Shown here piece by piece: positions 9,635-22,622 of a stretch of DNA of 64,000 bases. The notes below the pieces were generated by a model. That model saw only the letters and a program-made list of their open reading frames with translations. It made no database searches and was not told the DNA's origin. Source of the stretch: an uncultured delta proteobacterium (lineage in GTDB: Bacteria > Myxococcota > Myxococcia > Myxococcales > Anaeromyxobacteraceae). The stretch is taken from assembly GCA_963766715.1 (NCBI GenBank), contig CAVYBH010000007.1, positions 1 through 64,000 on the forward strand, given 5' to 3'. Made by a program: the position numbers and the translations under genes. Every line of letters begins with the position of its first letter. Within the stretch, counting starts at the first letter, position 1.

Positions 9635-9882
9635 GGACGCCCCTTGCGCTTCGCTCGATCGATCTCCGCGTTGGTGATGCGGGCATTCGTCGTGGCGGCG
9701 ATTTGCTCCCGGTGCCTCCGGATCCTCGCCAGTTCCTCCTCCACGTCGATGCGAACCTGGCCGAGCGTCGCTTCCAGGCAGGCGATCACCTCTCCGTCGA
9801 GGCTCCTCCCGTGCAGGCGCGCTCGCTCCTCCAGCCGCTCCCGAAGACCCGCTGGAAAGTCTCTCAACACGATGGTGGCCAT
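9631..9882 (-). CDS. Ribbon-helix-helix antitoxin (FitA/VapB, Arc-like)
   Basis: MATIVLRDFPAGLRERLEERARLHGRSLDGEVIACLE; GTGA overlap with the toxin. Confidence 0.88.
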   Translation of the reverse strand: MATIVLRDFPAGLRERLEERARLHGRSLDGEVIACLEATLGQVRIDVEEELARIRRHREQIAATTNARITNAEIDRAKRKGRP

Positions 9883-9889
9883 GCTCATT

Positions 9890-9917
9890 TCCATAGCAGA
9901 CAGTCTTGTCTGCACAA
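9890..9917 (-). promoter_or_regulatory. TA operon promoter with palindromic operator
   Basis: TTGTGC-N16-TATGGA with an extended -10 TG; perfect inverted repeat GCAGACA-N4-TGTCTGC at 9896-9913 fills the spacer. Confidence 0.6.
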
Positions 9918-9993
9918 GCCGCGCCCGTGCGGACGCCCTGGAATCCCACATGACTGGCGAATCATGGTCCGCGGCGCGGACTCCCGCCCTTCG

Positions 9994-10752
9994 CTACAGC
10001 CGCAGGTCGATGGCCCGGTTCGACATCTCGTCCGCGGCGACGTTCTCCTCGCGCGGGATGTGGCGAACCTCGACCTGGTCGAAGCCCTTCAGCAGGGCCT
10101 TCGCCTCGTCGTGGAGCGGCCGCAGGTGATCGGCCTTCACGGCGTACTCGCCGGAGAGCTGCTTCACGAGCAGCTCGCTGTCGGCCAGCACGTCGAGCTC
10201 GCGAAGGCCCATGGCCTTGGCCCGCTTCAGGCCCAGGATGAGGCCGGTGTACTCGGCCACGTTGTTGGTGGTCTCGCCCAGGTACTTGCCGAGCTTGGCG
10301 ACCACGTGCCCCTCGGGGCTGATGATCACGGCGCCGGCGCCGGCCGGGCCGGGGTTCCCCCTCGCTGCACCATCGGTGAAGAGGCGCGTGCGCACCGGAC
10401 GGGCCACCTCGACCCGCTCGGCCTCGCGCTCGGCGGCGGCGGCCACGACCCGATCCTTCTTCCTGCGGTCGCGGTCCGCCTTCGACTCGTTCATGGCCGC
10501 GTCGAGATCCTCGGCCGACTCGCGGGCGGCGCGCTCGACCTCGGTGACCTTGCGGACCTTGATGCCCTTCGAGCCGGCGGCCTGCGTCGCCGCGGCGGCG
10601 ACCTGCTCGGCCTGCTCGATCCGGTCGGCGGCGGCGTCGATGAGCTTGCCGAGGATGTCGCGGTTGTAGCCCTTGTAGCGGGCCAGCGCGCGCGGCAGGT
10701 CCTCGTTCGCGGCGATGAAGCGGAGCAGCTCCGCCAGGACGGGCTTCGCCAC
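9994..10752 (-). CDS. rnhA: Ribonuclease HI with N-terminal helical extension
   Basis: FTDGAARGNPGPAGAG, TTNNVAEYTGL, DSELLVKQ, HIPREENVAAD. Confidence 0.9.
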   Translation of the reverse strand: MAKPVLAELLRFIAANEDLPRALARYKGYNRDILGKLIDAAADRIEQAEQVAAAATQAAGSKGIKVRKVTEVERAARESAEDLDAAMNESKADRDRRKKDRVVAAAAEREAERVEVARPVRTRLFTDGAARGNPGPAGAGAVIISPEGHVVAKLGKYLGETTNNVAEYTGLILGLKRAKAMGLRELDVLADSELLVKQLSGEYAVKADHLRPLHDEAKALLKGFDQVEVRHIPREENVAADEMSNRAIDLRL

Positions 10753-10760
10753 GGCGCGAC

Positions 10761-11507
10761 TCAGGCGGCCGGCGGGGCAGCCGGGCTCACCGCCTCCGGG
10801 ACGTAGATGATGCGGTTGCAGCTGGGGCAGTTCTCGATGGAGTTGGCCCGGACCAGGATGATGGCCATCTGGGGCGGGACCTGCCGGTTGCAGCCCTTGC
10901 ACGTGCCGCCCACGACCTGGGTGACCGCGATGCCGCCGCGCCGCTTGCGGATGTTCTCGTAGCGCTGCAGGAGCGGGGGATCCACCTTGGTGGCCAGCTC
11001 CTTGCGCCGCCCGTCGAGGGCCGCGAGCCGCGAGACGTACTCGGCCTCGCGCTCGACCAGGAGCTCGAGCTCCTCCTGGGCGCCCGACTCCTTCTCGTCG
11101 AGCCTGTCCTGGAGCGCCTCGATGTTCAGGGCGATCTCCTCGCCCTGCGCGGTCAGGAGCTTCGCCTGCTCGCCCACCGACTCGTTGGTCTTCTTGGCGA
11201 TGTCGATCTCGCGGGAGAGCGCGGCGTACTCGCGCGGCGTCCGGATCTCGGCCAGGCGCCCCTCCCACTTCTTCACCTTGTCGCGCTCGGCCGCGATGGT
11301 CTGTTCCTGGCTGCGGCGCTCCCGCTCGATGCCGGCCAGCCGGTCCTGCTCGGCCTGCCAGAGCTTGCGGACCTCGCCGACCCCGGCCTCGATCTCGGCC
11401 CGCCGGCGGGGAACCGCCTCGGCCTCGGCCTTGACCTCGGCCAGCTCCACGTCGACCTGCTGCAACTCCTCCAGCGCCTTCAGCTTCTCACGCAGCGACA
11501 AGGACAT
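10761..11507 (-). CDS. Coiled-coil C4-type zinc-ribbon protein (DUF164/CT398 family)
   Basis: LEELQQVD start, long coiled coil, CKGC...CPSCNRII. Confidence 0.9.
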   Translation of the reverse strand: MSLSLREKLKALEELQQVDVELAEVKAEAEAVPRRRAEIEAGVGEVRKLWQAEQDRLAGIERERRSQEQTIAAERDKVKKWEGRLAEIRTPREYAALSREIDIAKKTNESVGEQAKLLTAQGEEIALNIEALQDRLDEKESGAQEELELLVEREAEYVSRLAALDGRRKELATKVDPPLLQRYENIRKRRGGIAVTQVVGGTCKGCNRQVPPQMAIILVRANSIENCPSCNRIIYVPEAVSPAAPPAA

Positions 11508-11543
11508 CTCCTTGGGTGGCGAGCCACCCCGGGGCTGGCGGGT

Positions 11544-11615
11544 TGGGCCCACCAGGACTCGAACCTGGATCGAACCGGTTATGAGCCGGCCGCTCTGCCA
11601 TTGAGCTATGGGCCC
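11544..11615 (-). tRNA. tRNA with CAT anticodon, most likely tRNA-Ile2 (lysidine); CCA not encoded
   Basis: GGGCCCA/TGGGCCC acceptor stem, TAGCTCAATGGCAGAGC D arm, GCCGG-CTCATAA-CCGGT anticodon arm, GGTTCGAGTCC T arm; lies downstream of rpoD like ileX. Confidence 0.93.
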
Positions 11616-11667
11616 CCGGACCGCGTCGTCCCTTCCTTAGCACGGTCGCGGTCACGAGGGCGTTCAC

Positions 11668-13955
<2,288 letters not shown>

Positions 13956-14037
13956 GATCTTGGGGGGCTCCTCCGGTTTCCCGGGCGGGCTTGGGGATTT
14001 CTAACGCGGTGGGGCGCGCCCATCTCGCAGATTCTCG

Positions 14038-15858
14038 TCACGACCGGCGCAGCTCCTCTCGCCGCTTTTCCAGGTCGAGGCGGCGCCTCTGGAGGGTCAG
14101 GTACTCCCGGGTCGAATCGTCGGCTCCGGCGGCCCCGGCCCGGGCCACCAGCGCCTCCAGGCGCGAGAGGTCCCGGCGGATGCCCTCGATCTTGGCCTCC
14201 ACCACGGCGCGGCGGAGCTCCCGCTCGGCGGCCTCGGGGTGAGGGGTGGCGGGACCGGCGAGGGCCCGGATCCGCTGGCCCACCCGGGCGTCGGCGTCCG
14301 GCTCCAGCCGGGCCAGGACCGCCTCGAGCGGGATCGGGTCCCGGCACAGGTCGCGGACCAGGTCGGCGAGAGGCCCCTCGGGGAAGAGGCGGGCCAGGTC
14401 CTCCTCGGCGGCCACGGGCGCGAGCGCCGGGTGGCCGACCAGGATGCCCAGCGCGTCCACGGCGGGCCCGGGAAGCAGGACCGCCACGCGCGGACCGGAC
14501 GGGGGGCGCACCTTTCGCTCCGGAGCCGGGGGGGCGCCGCGGGGGCGCCCCTGGATCTCGTCCCGCAGCGCCCCGAGGTCGAGCTCCAGGCGGCGGGCGA
14601 TGCGCTCCTCGAAGGTGCTGCGGGCGAGCCCCTCGGGCGCGAGGCGCACGAGCGGAGCCAGCTCGCGCACGGCGGCCAGCTTGGCCTCCACCGGCGCGTC
14701 CGGGGCGTTGCCCGCGCAGTGGCGGTCGATGGCCCGCAGGATCAGGAAGTCGGTGAGCGGGATGGCCGAGGCGAGCAGCGCGTCGACCCCCTCCTTGCCG
14801 TGGGCCCGGGCGAAGTCGTCGGGGTCCACCTTGCCGGCGTCGGAGGGCAGGACCGCGACCTTGCCCGAGACGCTGGAGGGGAGCAGCACCTGGGCCGCCT
14901 TCGCGGGCGCCGCGAGGCCGGCCACGTCCCCGTCGAAGAGGATCACCACCTCGCGGCAGTCGCACCGCTCGAGCAGCTCGAGGTGCTCGGGGGTGAGCGC
15001 GGTGCCGCACACCGCCACCGCGTTCCGGACGCCGGCCTGGTGGAGGCCGATCACGTCGAAGTATCCCTCGACCAGCACCGCCGACCGGGTCTTGCGGATG
15101 CTCTCGCGGGCCAGGTCGAGGCCGTAGAGCACCCGGCTCTTCTTGTAGAGCACGGTCTCCGGCGTGTTGATGTACTTGGCGCCCTTCTCGTCCCCCATGG
15201 CCCGGGCCCCGAAGCCGATGATCTGGCCGTCGAGGGCGGCGATGGGGAACATGAGCCGGCCGCGGAAGCGGTCGTAGCCGCCGCGGTCGCTGGGCACGCG
15301 GAGGCCGGCCCGGTCGATGGAGGGAAGCGAGATCTCCTTCTGCGCCAGCCGCGGGGGCAGGTCGTTCCACTCGGAGGCGGCGATGCCCAGCTTGAAGCGC
15401 CTCGCCTCCTCGTCGGCGACGCCGCGGGAGGCGAGGTAGGCCCGTCCGGCCTCCCCGTGGGGGCTCCAGAGCCGCGCCTGCCAGTAGCGGGCGGCCGCGT
15501 CGCAGGCGGCGACCGCCTCCGCGCGCTCCTTGCGCCGGCGGCGGTTCTCGGCGGAGTCCTCGACGGCCTCCTCCGGGATCTCCACGCCTGCCTCGGCTGC
15601 CAGGGCCCTCACCACTTCGGGGAACTCCTTTCCCTCGAGCTTCTGCAGGAACTTGAAGACGTCGCCGTACTCACCGCAGCCGTAGCACTTGAAGTGCCTG
15701 TCCTCCGGGTACACGTGGAAGCTCGGCGTCTTCTCCCCGTGAAACGGGCAACAGCCCTTCCACGTCCGTCCCGACTTCTGGAGGTCGACGTGGCGGCCGA
15801 TGACCGCCACCACGTCCGTCCGGTTCCGGATCTCCTCGATGATGGAATCCGGGATCAT
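14038..15858 (-). CDS. dnaG: DNA primase
   Basis: CPFHGEKTPSF zinc finger, DRFRGRLMFPI, KYINTPE, EGYFD, FDGD toprim. Confidence 0.97.
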   Translation of the reverse strand: MIPDSIIEEIRNRTDVVAVIGRHVDLQKSGRTWKGCCPFHGEKTPSFHVYPEDRHFKCYGCGEYGDVFKFLQKLEGKEFPEVVRALAAEAGVEIPEEAVEDSAENRRRRKERAEAVAACDAAARYWQARLWSPHGEAGRAYLASRGVADEEARRFKLGIAASEWNDLPPRLAQKEISLPSIDRAGLRVPSDRGGYDRFRGRLMFPIAALDGQIIGFGARAMGDEKGAKYINTPETVLYKKSRVLYGLDLARESIRKTRSAVLVEGYFDVIGLHQAGVRNAVAVCGTALTPEHLELLERCDCREVVILFDGDVAGLAAPAKAAQVLLPSSVSGKVAVLPSDAGKVDPDDFARAHGKEGVDALLASAIPLTDFLILRAIDRHCAGNAPDAPVEAKLAAVRELAPLVRLAPEGLARSTFEERIARRLELDLGALRDEIQGRPRGAPPAPERKVRPPSGPRVAVLLPGPAVDALGILVGHPALAPVAAEEDLARLFPEGPLADLVRDLCRDPIPLEAVLARLEPDADARVGQRIRALAGPATPHPEAAERELRRAVVEAKIEGIRRDLSRLEALVARAGAAGADDSTREYLTLQRRRLDLEKRREELRRS

Positions 15859-15885
15859 CCTCGCCGGTCGCGCCCCGCCGGCGTG

Positions 15886-16335
15886 CTAGCGCCCCGCCAG
15901 GCGTTGCTTGACGAGCTCGCTCACCACCTTGCCGTCGGCGCGTCCCTGCACGTCGGGCAGGAGCGCCTTCATGACCGCCCCCATGTCCTTCGGGCCCTTG
16001 GCGCCCACCTGGCCGATCACCTGATCGACCTTCGCCTCGAGCTCCGCCTGGGACAGCTGCTGGGGGAGGAACTCCTGCAGGATGCGGAGCTCGGCCTCTT
16101 CCTTGTCGGCCAGGTCCGCCCGGTTGCCGGCCTTGTACTGCTCCACCGAGTCGCGCCGGCGCTTGATCTCGGTGGCCACCACGCCCAGGATCCCCGCGTC
16201 GTCGAGCGGCTTCATGAGCTCGATCTCGCGGTACTTGATGGCGCTCTTCAGGCCCCGCACGGTGTTCATGCGCAGGGAATCCTTGGCGCGCATGGCCGCC
16301 TTCAGGTCCTCGTCGAGCTTCTCGCGGAGCGCCAT
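15886..16335 (-). CDS. GatB/YqeY domain protein
   Basis: MALREKLDEDLKAAMRAKD..KDMGAVMKAL..GRADGK; lies between rpsU and dnaG. Confidence 0.93.
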   Translation of the reverse strand: MALREKLDEDLKAAMRAKDSLRMNTVRGLKSAIKYREIELMKPLDDAGILGVVATEIKRRRDSVEQYKAGNRADLADKEEAELRILQEFLPQQLSQAELEAKVDQVIGQVGAKGPKDMGAVMKALLPDVQGRADGKVVSELVKQRLAGR

Positions 16336-16358
16336 GCCGTTCCTCCCGGGCGCTGCTG

Positions 16359-16553
16359 CTACCAGGTCTTCCGCGCCTTCTTCATGGCGCGCTTCTTCGC
16401 GGCGAGCGCCTTCTTCTTCCGCTTCACGCTGGGCTTCTCGTAGTGCTCGCGCTTGCGGACCTCGGAGAGGATCCCGGCCTTCTCGCAAGCCTTCTTGAAA
16501 CGCTTCATGGCGTTCTCGAAGGACTCGCCCTCCTTGACTCGCACTCCCGTCAT
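16359..16553 (-). CDS. rpsU: 30S ribosomal protein S21
   Basis: [33 protein letters not shown]. Confidence 0.98.
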   Translation of the reverse strand: MTGVRVKEGESFENAMKRFKKACEKAGILSEVRKREHYEKPSVKRKKKALAAKKRAMKKARKTW

Positions 16554-16644
16554 GCGTACCTCTCGCGAAACAAGCGGATAAGGGTCTGGAAAGACGTGGA
16601 GCCGGGCGTGGATTCACCCGGCTCGGACGATGGCTGAATGCGCT

Positions 16645-16673
16645 CGTTTAGGGGGAAAACCCCTGAGTGTCAA
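16645..16673 (-). promoter_or_regulatory. Sigma-70 promoter of the rpsU-yqeY-dnaG-rpoD operon
   Basis: TTGACA-N17-TAAACG on the minus strand, overlapping the hisE stop. Confidence 0.6.
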
Positions 16674-17002
16674 GGGGATTTGGCCGGACGGCCCGGCTTC
16701 TGGAGGTGGCGGGTCTCCAGCACGGCGTACACCTCGGCGGGGGTCACGTCGGCCGAGGCCAGGATCACGAACAGGTGGTAGAGCAGATCGGCCGCCTCGT
16801 GGGCCAGGTGGTCCTTGGTGTCCTGGCCGGCCAGCAGCGCCTGGTGGGCCTCGTTCACCTCGTGGGCCTCCTCCGCCACCTTCTTGCGGGCCTTGGAGGG
16901 GTTCGCGAGCAGCTCGCGGGTGTAGCTCTTCTCCGGGCCGGCGTCCGCCTTCCGGGACTCGATCGTCGCCCAGAGCTGGGCCAGGAATTGCTCGTTCGCC
17001 AT
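16670..17002 (-). CDS. hisE: Phosphoribosyl-ATP pyrophosphohydrolase
   Basis: SYTRELL..KKVAEEAHEV..EAADLLYHL. Confidence 0.95.
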   Translation of the reverse strand: MANEQFLAQLWATIESRKADAGPEKSYTRELLANPSKARKKVAEEAHEVNEAHQALLAGQDTKDHLAHEAADLLYHLFVILASADVTPAEVYAVLETRHLQKPGRPAKSP

Positions 17003-17020
17003 GGTTCCTCCGGGCGCCCC

Positions 17021-17355
17021 TCAGGGCGCGGGATCGAAGCAGCTGCGCTTCCCCTCGTGGCAGGCCGGCCCGGTCTGCCGGACGCGGTACAGCACCGCGT
17101 CGCCGTCGCAATCCGTGCGGACCTCCTCCACCACCTGCACGTGGCCGCTCGTGTCGCCCTTGCGCCAGAGCTCGCGCCGGCTGCGCGACCAGTAATGGGC
17201 CCGCCCCGTGCGGGCGGTCGCCTCGAGCGCCTCGCGGTTCGCCCAGGCGAGCATGAGCACCGTCCCGTCGAGCTCCTGCGCGATCACCGGCACGAGGCCG
17301 CGCTCGTCGAACCGGATGGCCTCGAGCGGGACCTCGACCACGCCGGGGGCGCCGC

Positions 17356-17359
<4 letters not shown>
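17021..17359 (-). CDS. hisI: Phosphoribosyl-AMP cyclohydrolase
   Basis: [43 protein letters not shown] start overlaps the hisF stop. Confidence 0.95.
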
Positions 17360-18117
<758 letters not shown>

Positions 18118-18126
18118 GGCCGGATC

Positions 18127-18840
18127 CTAACCCTCCGCCACGCCGAGGGCCTCGGCCAGGTCCATCCGCTTCTCGTACAGGGCCTTCCCCACGATGACCC
18201 CGGCCAGCCCGGCGGCCTTGCAGGCGCCCACGTCGGCCAGCGAGGCCACGCCGCCGCTCGCCACCACCCTCACCCCGGCCTCGGCCTGGAGGCGCGCCGC
18301 GCCCGCCGCGTCGACGCCGGTGAACATGCCGTCGCGCGCCACGTCGGTGTACTCGACGAGCGTCACGCCGGCGCCGGCCACGCGCCGGGCCACGTCGACG
18401 GCGGGCAGGCCGGTTCCCTGCTCCCAGCCGGCCACCTTGACCTCGCCGTCGCGGGCGTCGATGCCCGCCACCACCCGGCCCGGGAAGCGCCGGCAGGCCT
18501 CGGTGACGAGGTCGAGGCGCTCCACCGCGGCGGTCCCCAGCACGACGAAGCTCACGCCCATGGCGATGGCCTGCTCGACGGCCTCGATGGTGCGCAGGCC
18601 CCCGCCCAGCTCCACCTCGACGCCGGTGGCCACGATCGCGCGCACCACGTCGGTGTTCACCGGGCGCCCGGCCCGGGCGCCGTCGAGGTCGACGACGTGG
18701 ACCCGGCGGGCGCCGGCCTTCCGGAAGGCCTCGGCGAACTCGGCCGGGCGATCCGAGTAGGTGGTGCGGGACGCGAAGTCGCCGCGGGCGAGGCGGACGA
18801 CCTTTCCGTCCATGAGGTCGATGGCGGGGATGACGAGCAT
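18127..18840 (-). CDS. hisA: ProFAR isomerase
   Basis: [35 protein letters not shown]. Confidence 0.96.
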   Translation of the reverse strand: MLVIPAIDLMDGKVVRLARGDFASRTTYSDRPAEFAEAFRKAGARRVHVVDLDGARAGRPVNTDVVRAIVATGVEVELGGGLRTIEAVEQAIAMGVSFVVLGTAAVERLDLVTEACRRFPGRVVAGIDARDGEVKVAGWEQGTGLPAVDVARRVAGAGVTLVEYTDVARDGMFTGVDAAGAARLQAEAGVRVVASGGVASLADVGACKAAGLAGVIVGKALYEKRMDLAEALGVAEG

Positions 18841-18843
18841 GGA

Positions 18844-19452
18844 TCAGAGCCTCACGAATCGATCGAGGAAGGCCAGGCCCACCTTCTGGCTCTTCTCCGG
18901 GTGGAACTGGACCGCGAAGAGGTCGCCGCGGGCGAGCGCCGCGCAGTACGGCCGCCCGTGCTCGGCCAGGAGCTCGACTCCCTCGGCGTCGGCGGGCGCG
19001 GCGTAGGAGTGCGCGAAGTAGACGTACTGACCGTCGATGGGCGCGAAGATGGGGTGGTGCGAGCCCACCGCCCGCACCGGCGACCAGCCGATGTTCGGGA
19101 GCTTCACGCTCGCCGGCAGGCGCGCAATCGTCCCGGGGAGGATGCCGAGCCCGCGGGCCCCGCCCGCCTCCTCGCCCCGCTCGAACAGCACTTGAAGCCC
19201 CACGCAGATGCCGAGCATCCGCGCGCCCCGCCCCAGCGCCTCGACGAGCGCGTCGGCGACCCCGCTCGCGCGCATGGCCTCCGCGCAGGCCGGCATGGAT
19301 CCCTGGCCGGGCACGACGATGCGCCCGGCCCGGCGGACCTCGTCCGGATCGTGGGTGACCTGGACCTCGGCCCCCACCGCGCGGAGCGCGTTCTCCACCG
19401 ACCGGAGGTTGCCCGCGCCGTAGTCGACGAGCGCGATGACGCCTCGGCTCAC
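18844..19452 (-). CDS. hisH: Imidazole glycerol phosphate synthase amidotransferase subunit
   Basis: [24 protein letters not shown]. Confidence 0.96.
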   Translation of the reverse strand: MSRGVIALVDYGAGNLRSVENALRAVGAEVQVTHDPDEVRRAGRIVVPGQGSMPACAEAMRASGVADALVEALGRGARMLGICVGLQVLFERGEEAGGARGLGILPGTIARLPASVKLPNIGWSPVRAVGSHHPIFAPIDGQYVYFAHSYAAPADAEGVELLAEHGRPYCAALARGDLFAVQFHPEKSQKVGLAFLDRFVRL

Positions 19453-20066
19453 AGCACGCCCTTCGTGGACGGGATCCCGTCCCCCTCGCGGCGCAGGGCC
19501 GCGCGCAGGGCGCGGGCCGTCGACTTGAAGATGGCCTCGACCACGTGGTGGAGGTTGCGGCCCTGGCGCACGTTCACGTGGAGCGTGATGCGGGCGTGGT
19601 TCACGAGCGCCTGGAAGAAGTCCTGGGTGAGGTCGACGTCGTAGGCGCCGATGAAGCGCTTCCCGGAGGGGAGCTTCGCGTTCCAGGTGAGGTGCGGCCG
19701 CCCGGAGAGGTCGACCACCGCCTCCACCAGCGCCTCGTCGAGCGGGACGACGGCGTGGCCGTAGCGGGCGAGCCCGGCCTTGTCGGCGGTGGCCTGCCGG
19801 AGCGCCTCGCCGATGGCGATGCCCACGTCCTCGACGGTGTGGTGCGCGTCGACGTGGAGGTCGCCGGCCGCCTTCACCGCGAGCGAGAGGCCCCCGTGGC
19901 GCCCGAGCTGGTCGAGCATGTGGTCGAAGAAGGGGACGCCGGTCTCGGCGGTGACCTGGCCGCCCTCGAGCCCGAGGGCCACGTCCACGTCGGTCTCGCG
20001 GGTCTTCCGCGCGACGGCGCCGCGGCGGGGGATGGGCTTCGCGCTGCGGGACTTGCGAGCCGCCAT
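19449..20066 (-). CDS. hisB: Imidazoleglycerol-phosphate dehydratase
   Basis: [39 protein letters not shown]. Confidence 0.96.
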   Translation of the reverse strand: MAARKSRSAKPIPRRGAVARKTRETDVDVALGLEGGQVTAETGVPFFDHMLDQLGRHGGLSLAVKAAGDLHVDAHHTVEDVGIAIGEALRQATADKAGLARYGHAVVPLDEALVEAVVDLSGRPHLTWNAKLPSGKRFIGAYDVDLTQDFFQALVNHARITLHVNVRQGRNLHHVVEAIFKSTARALRAALRREGDGIPSTKGVL

Positions 20067-20068
20067 GA

Positions 20069-21412
20069 TCAACCCCTTCGCGCCGGGCGGCGCGCCTTTC
20101 GTTCGGTTCGGCCGGACAGGCGGACGCGGACCGCGCGCGCGTGGGCCTCGAGCCCCTCGGCCGCGGCCAGGGCCTCGACCACCGGCGCGAGCGCGGCGAG
20201 CGAGCCCGGGCTCATCTCCACCACGCTCATGCGCCGCCGGAAGGTGGCGACCGAGAGCGGCGAGGCGAATCGGGCGGTGCCGGCGGTGGGGAGCACGTGG
20301 CTGGGTCCGGCCACGTAGTCGCCGATGGCCTCCGGCGTGAGGCTCCCCACGAAGACCGCGCCGGCCCGGGACAGCCGCGGCACGAGCCGGGCGGCGTCCT
20401 TCACCAGCAGCACCAGGTGCTCGGGCGCGAAGGCGTCGGCCAGCTTCACGGCCTGTGCGAGCCCGTGCGCGAGCACGATGGCGCCGCGGTCGGCGATGGA
20501 GCGGCGCGCGATCTCCTCGCGCGGCAGCCCGCGGAGCTGGCGCATGACCTCGACGTAGGTGGCCTGGGCCACCGCCTCGCTCGTGGCCACCAGCACCGAC
20601 ACCGCGCGCGGGTCGTGCTCGGCCTGGGCGAGCAGGTCGGCCGCCGCCTCGACCGGGCTGGCGTGGGCGTCGGCGAGGACCAGGACCTCGGAGGGCCCGG
20701 CGATCATGTCGATGTCGACCGTGCCGAAGACGAGCCGCTTGGCCGCGGCCACGTAGGCGTTGCCCGGGCCGCAGATCTTGTCGACCGCCGGGATGGTGCG
20801 GGTTCCGTGCGCCAGCGCGGCCACGGCCTGGGCCCCACCCACCCGGAAGAGCCGGGAGACCCCGGACACGTGGCAGGCGGCGAGCGTCCAGGCGTCGACG
20901 TCGCCGGTGGCGCGGTCGGCGGGCGAGACCGCCACGACCTCGGCCACGCCGGCGACGCGGGCCGGGATGGCGGTCATGAGGACGCTCGAGGGATAGCGGG
21001 CCGTCCCGCCGGGCACGTAGAGGCCGACCCGGGCGAGCGGGCGCGACACCTGGCCGAGCCGGGCGCCGAGCTTGTCCCGGTACGGGGGCACGACCGCGTC
21101 GGTCTCGCGGCGGTGGAAGGCCTCGATCCGGTCGGCGGCCACGCGCAGCGCCTTCCGCCCGGCTGCCGGCAGGGAACGCCAGGCCGCCGCGAGGTCCGCC
21201 TTCCCGGCCACCAGGTCGGCCGCCGTGCGCGGCTTCCACCCGTCGAACCGCCGGGTGTACTCGAGGAGGGCCTCGTCGCCGCGCGCCCGGACGTCGGCCA
21301 CGATGGCGCCGGCGGCCTGGCCGACGCCGGCCTCGTCCTCCTCCGAGCCGCGGGCGCAGAGCCGCTTCCAGTGGACGTCGAAGTCGGGGTCGTTTGAGCG
21401 GAGGATCTGCAC
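20069..21412 (-). CDS. hisD: Histidinol dehydrogenase
   Basis: [46 protein letters not shown]. Confidence 0.96.
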   Translation of the reverse strand: MQILRSNDPDFDVHWKRLCARGSEEDEAGVGQAAGAIVADVRARGDEALLEYTRRFDGWKPRTAADLVAGKADLAAAWRSLPAAGRKALRVAADRIEAFHRRETDAVVPPYRDKLGARLGQVSRPLARVGLYVPGGTARYPSSVLMTAIPARVAGVAEVVAVSPADRATGDVDAWTLAACHVSGVSRLFRVGGAQAVAALAHGTRTIPAVDKICGPGNAYVAAAKRLVFGTVDIDMIAGPSEVLVLADAHASPVEAAADLLAQAEHDPRAVSVLVATSEAVAQATYVEVMRQLRGLPREEIARRSIADRGAIVLAHGLAQAVKLADAFAPEHLVLLVKDAARLVPRLSRAGAVFVGSLTPEAIGDYVAGPSHVLPTAGTARFASPLSVATFRRRMSVVEMSPGSLAALAPVVEALAAAEGLEAHARAVRVRLSGRTERKARRPARRG

Positions 21413-21476
21413 CGAAGGTCTCGAAAGAGCTACGTTTCTACACGAAACCCGCCGCGCCGCGCTACATTCCCTGGCC

Positions 21477-22589
21477 ATGGCGGCTCGAACGGACGTCTGG
21501 CTGCAGAACCTGCAGGACGAGCGGGACGGCGCGGCGCTCTACGAGGGGCTCGCCGAGGTGGAGAAGAACCCCGACCGCGCGGCCAGCTTCGCCGAGCTGG
21601 CGCACGGCGAGCGCCGCCACGCCAAGGTCTGGCTCGACAAGCTGGAGAAGGAGGGGGTCCACGTTCCCCCGGACCGCCCCTCCTCCCGGGTCCGCACGCT
21701 CATCTGGCTGGCCCGGCGGCTCGGCACCGACGCGGTCATCCCCTACGTCGTGGCCAACGAGGCCGGCGACGCCGACAAGTACGCTCGCCAGGGGGCCGAG
21801 GCCGCGCCCATGGCCGCCGAGGAGCGGGCCCACCAGCAGGTCCTCACCGGCCTGGGCGGCAGCCGCCCCCTCGAGGCCCGCGCCGCCATCGCCACCCGCG
21901 AGGGCTGGCACCGGGGCGGGCGCGGCGGGTCGCTGCGCGCCGCCATCTTCGGCGTGAACGACGGCCTGCTCTCGAACCTCTCCCTCGTGCTCGGCGTCGC
22001 CGGCGCGGGCGCCGAGTCCCACACGCTGGTGGTCACCGGCTTCGCCGGGCTGCTCGCCGGCGCGTTCTCGATGGCGGTGGGAGAGTTCACGTCGGTCGCC
22101 TCCCAGCGCGACATCCTGGCCCGCCAGGTGGAGCTCGAGCGACGGGAGCTGGCCGAGGCGCCGGAGGAGGAGACCGCCGAGCTGGCGCTCATCTTCCAGC
22201 AGAAGGGGCTCTCGGCGGAGCAGGCCGCGCGCATCGCCGCGGAGCTGCTCAAGAACCCGGAGCACGCCCTCGACACGCTGGTGCGCGAGGAGCTGGGGCT
22301 CGACCCCGATGACCTGGGCTCGCCCTGGGGCGCCGCCGGGTCGAGCTTCGCCACCTTCGCGGTGGGCGCCACCATCCCGGTCATCCCGTTCCTCTTCCTG
22401 AAGGGGACGACGGCGGCGGTGGTGTCCTCGGCCGCGGCGGGCGTGGTGCTGGCCGGGGTGGGATCGCTCGTCGGCTTCCTGGCCGGCACGCCCGCCTGGA
22501 AGTCGGCCGCGCGGATGGTGGGGCTCGCGGCGCTCGCGGCCGGCGCCACCTGGGCGGTGGGACACCTCTTCGGCGCCGCGGTGGGCTGA
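21477..22589 (+). CDS. VIT1/CCC1 iron/manganese transporter with N-terminal rubrerythrin/ferritin-like domain
   Basis: N-terminal ExxH motifs (ERRH, ERAH); RAAIFGVNDGL, AGAFSMAVGE, REELGLDP. Confidence 0.9.
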   Translation: MAARTDVWLQNLQDERDGAALYEGLAEVEKNPDRAASFAELAHGERRHAKVWLDKLEKEGVHVPPDRPSSRVRTLIWLARRLGTDAVIPYVVANEAGDADKYARQGAEAAPMAAEERAHQQVLTGLGGSRPLEARAAIATREGWHRGGRGGSLRAAIFGVNDGLLSNLSLVLGVAGAGAESHTLVVTGFAGLLAGAFSMAVGEFTSVASQRDILARQVELERRELAEAPEEETAELALIFQQKGLSAEQAARIAAELLKNPEHALDTLVREELGLDPDDLGSPWGAAGSSFATFAVGATIPVIPFLFLKGTTAAVVSSAAAGVVLAGVGSLVGFLAGTPAWKSAARMVGLAALAAGATWAVGHLFGAAVG

Positions 22590-22622
22590 GCCCGCGGGCT
22601 CGCCCCGGGGCGCCCGCCTCCC

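Noticed and set aside
11544..11615. Initiator tRNA-fMet
   Set aside because: It has a paired G1-C72 and lacks the three consecutive G-C pairs in the anticodon stem; sequence and position fit tRNA-Ile2 better, though elongator Met is not fully excluded.
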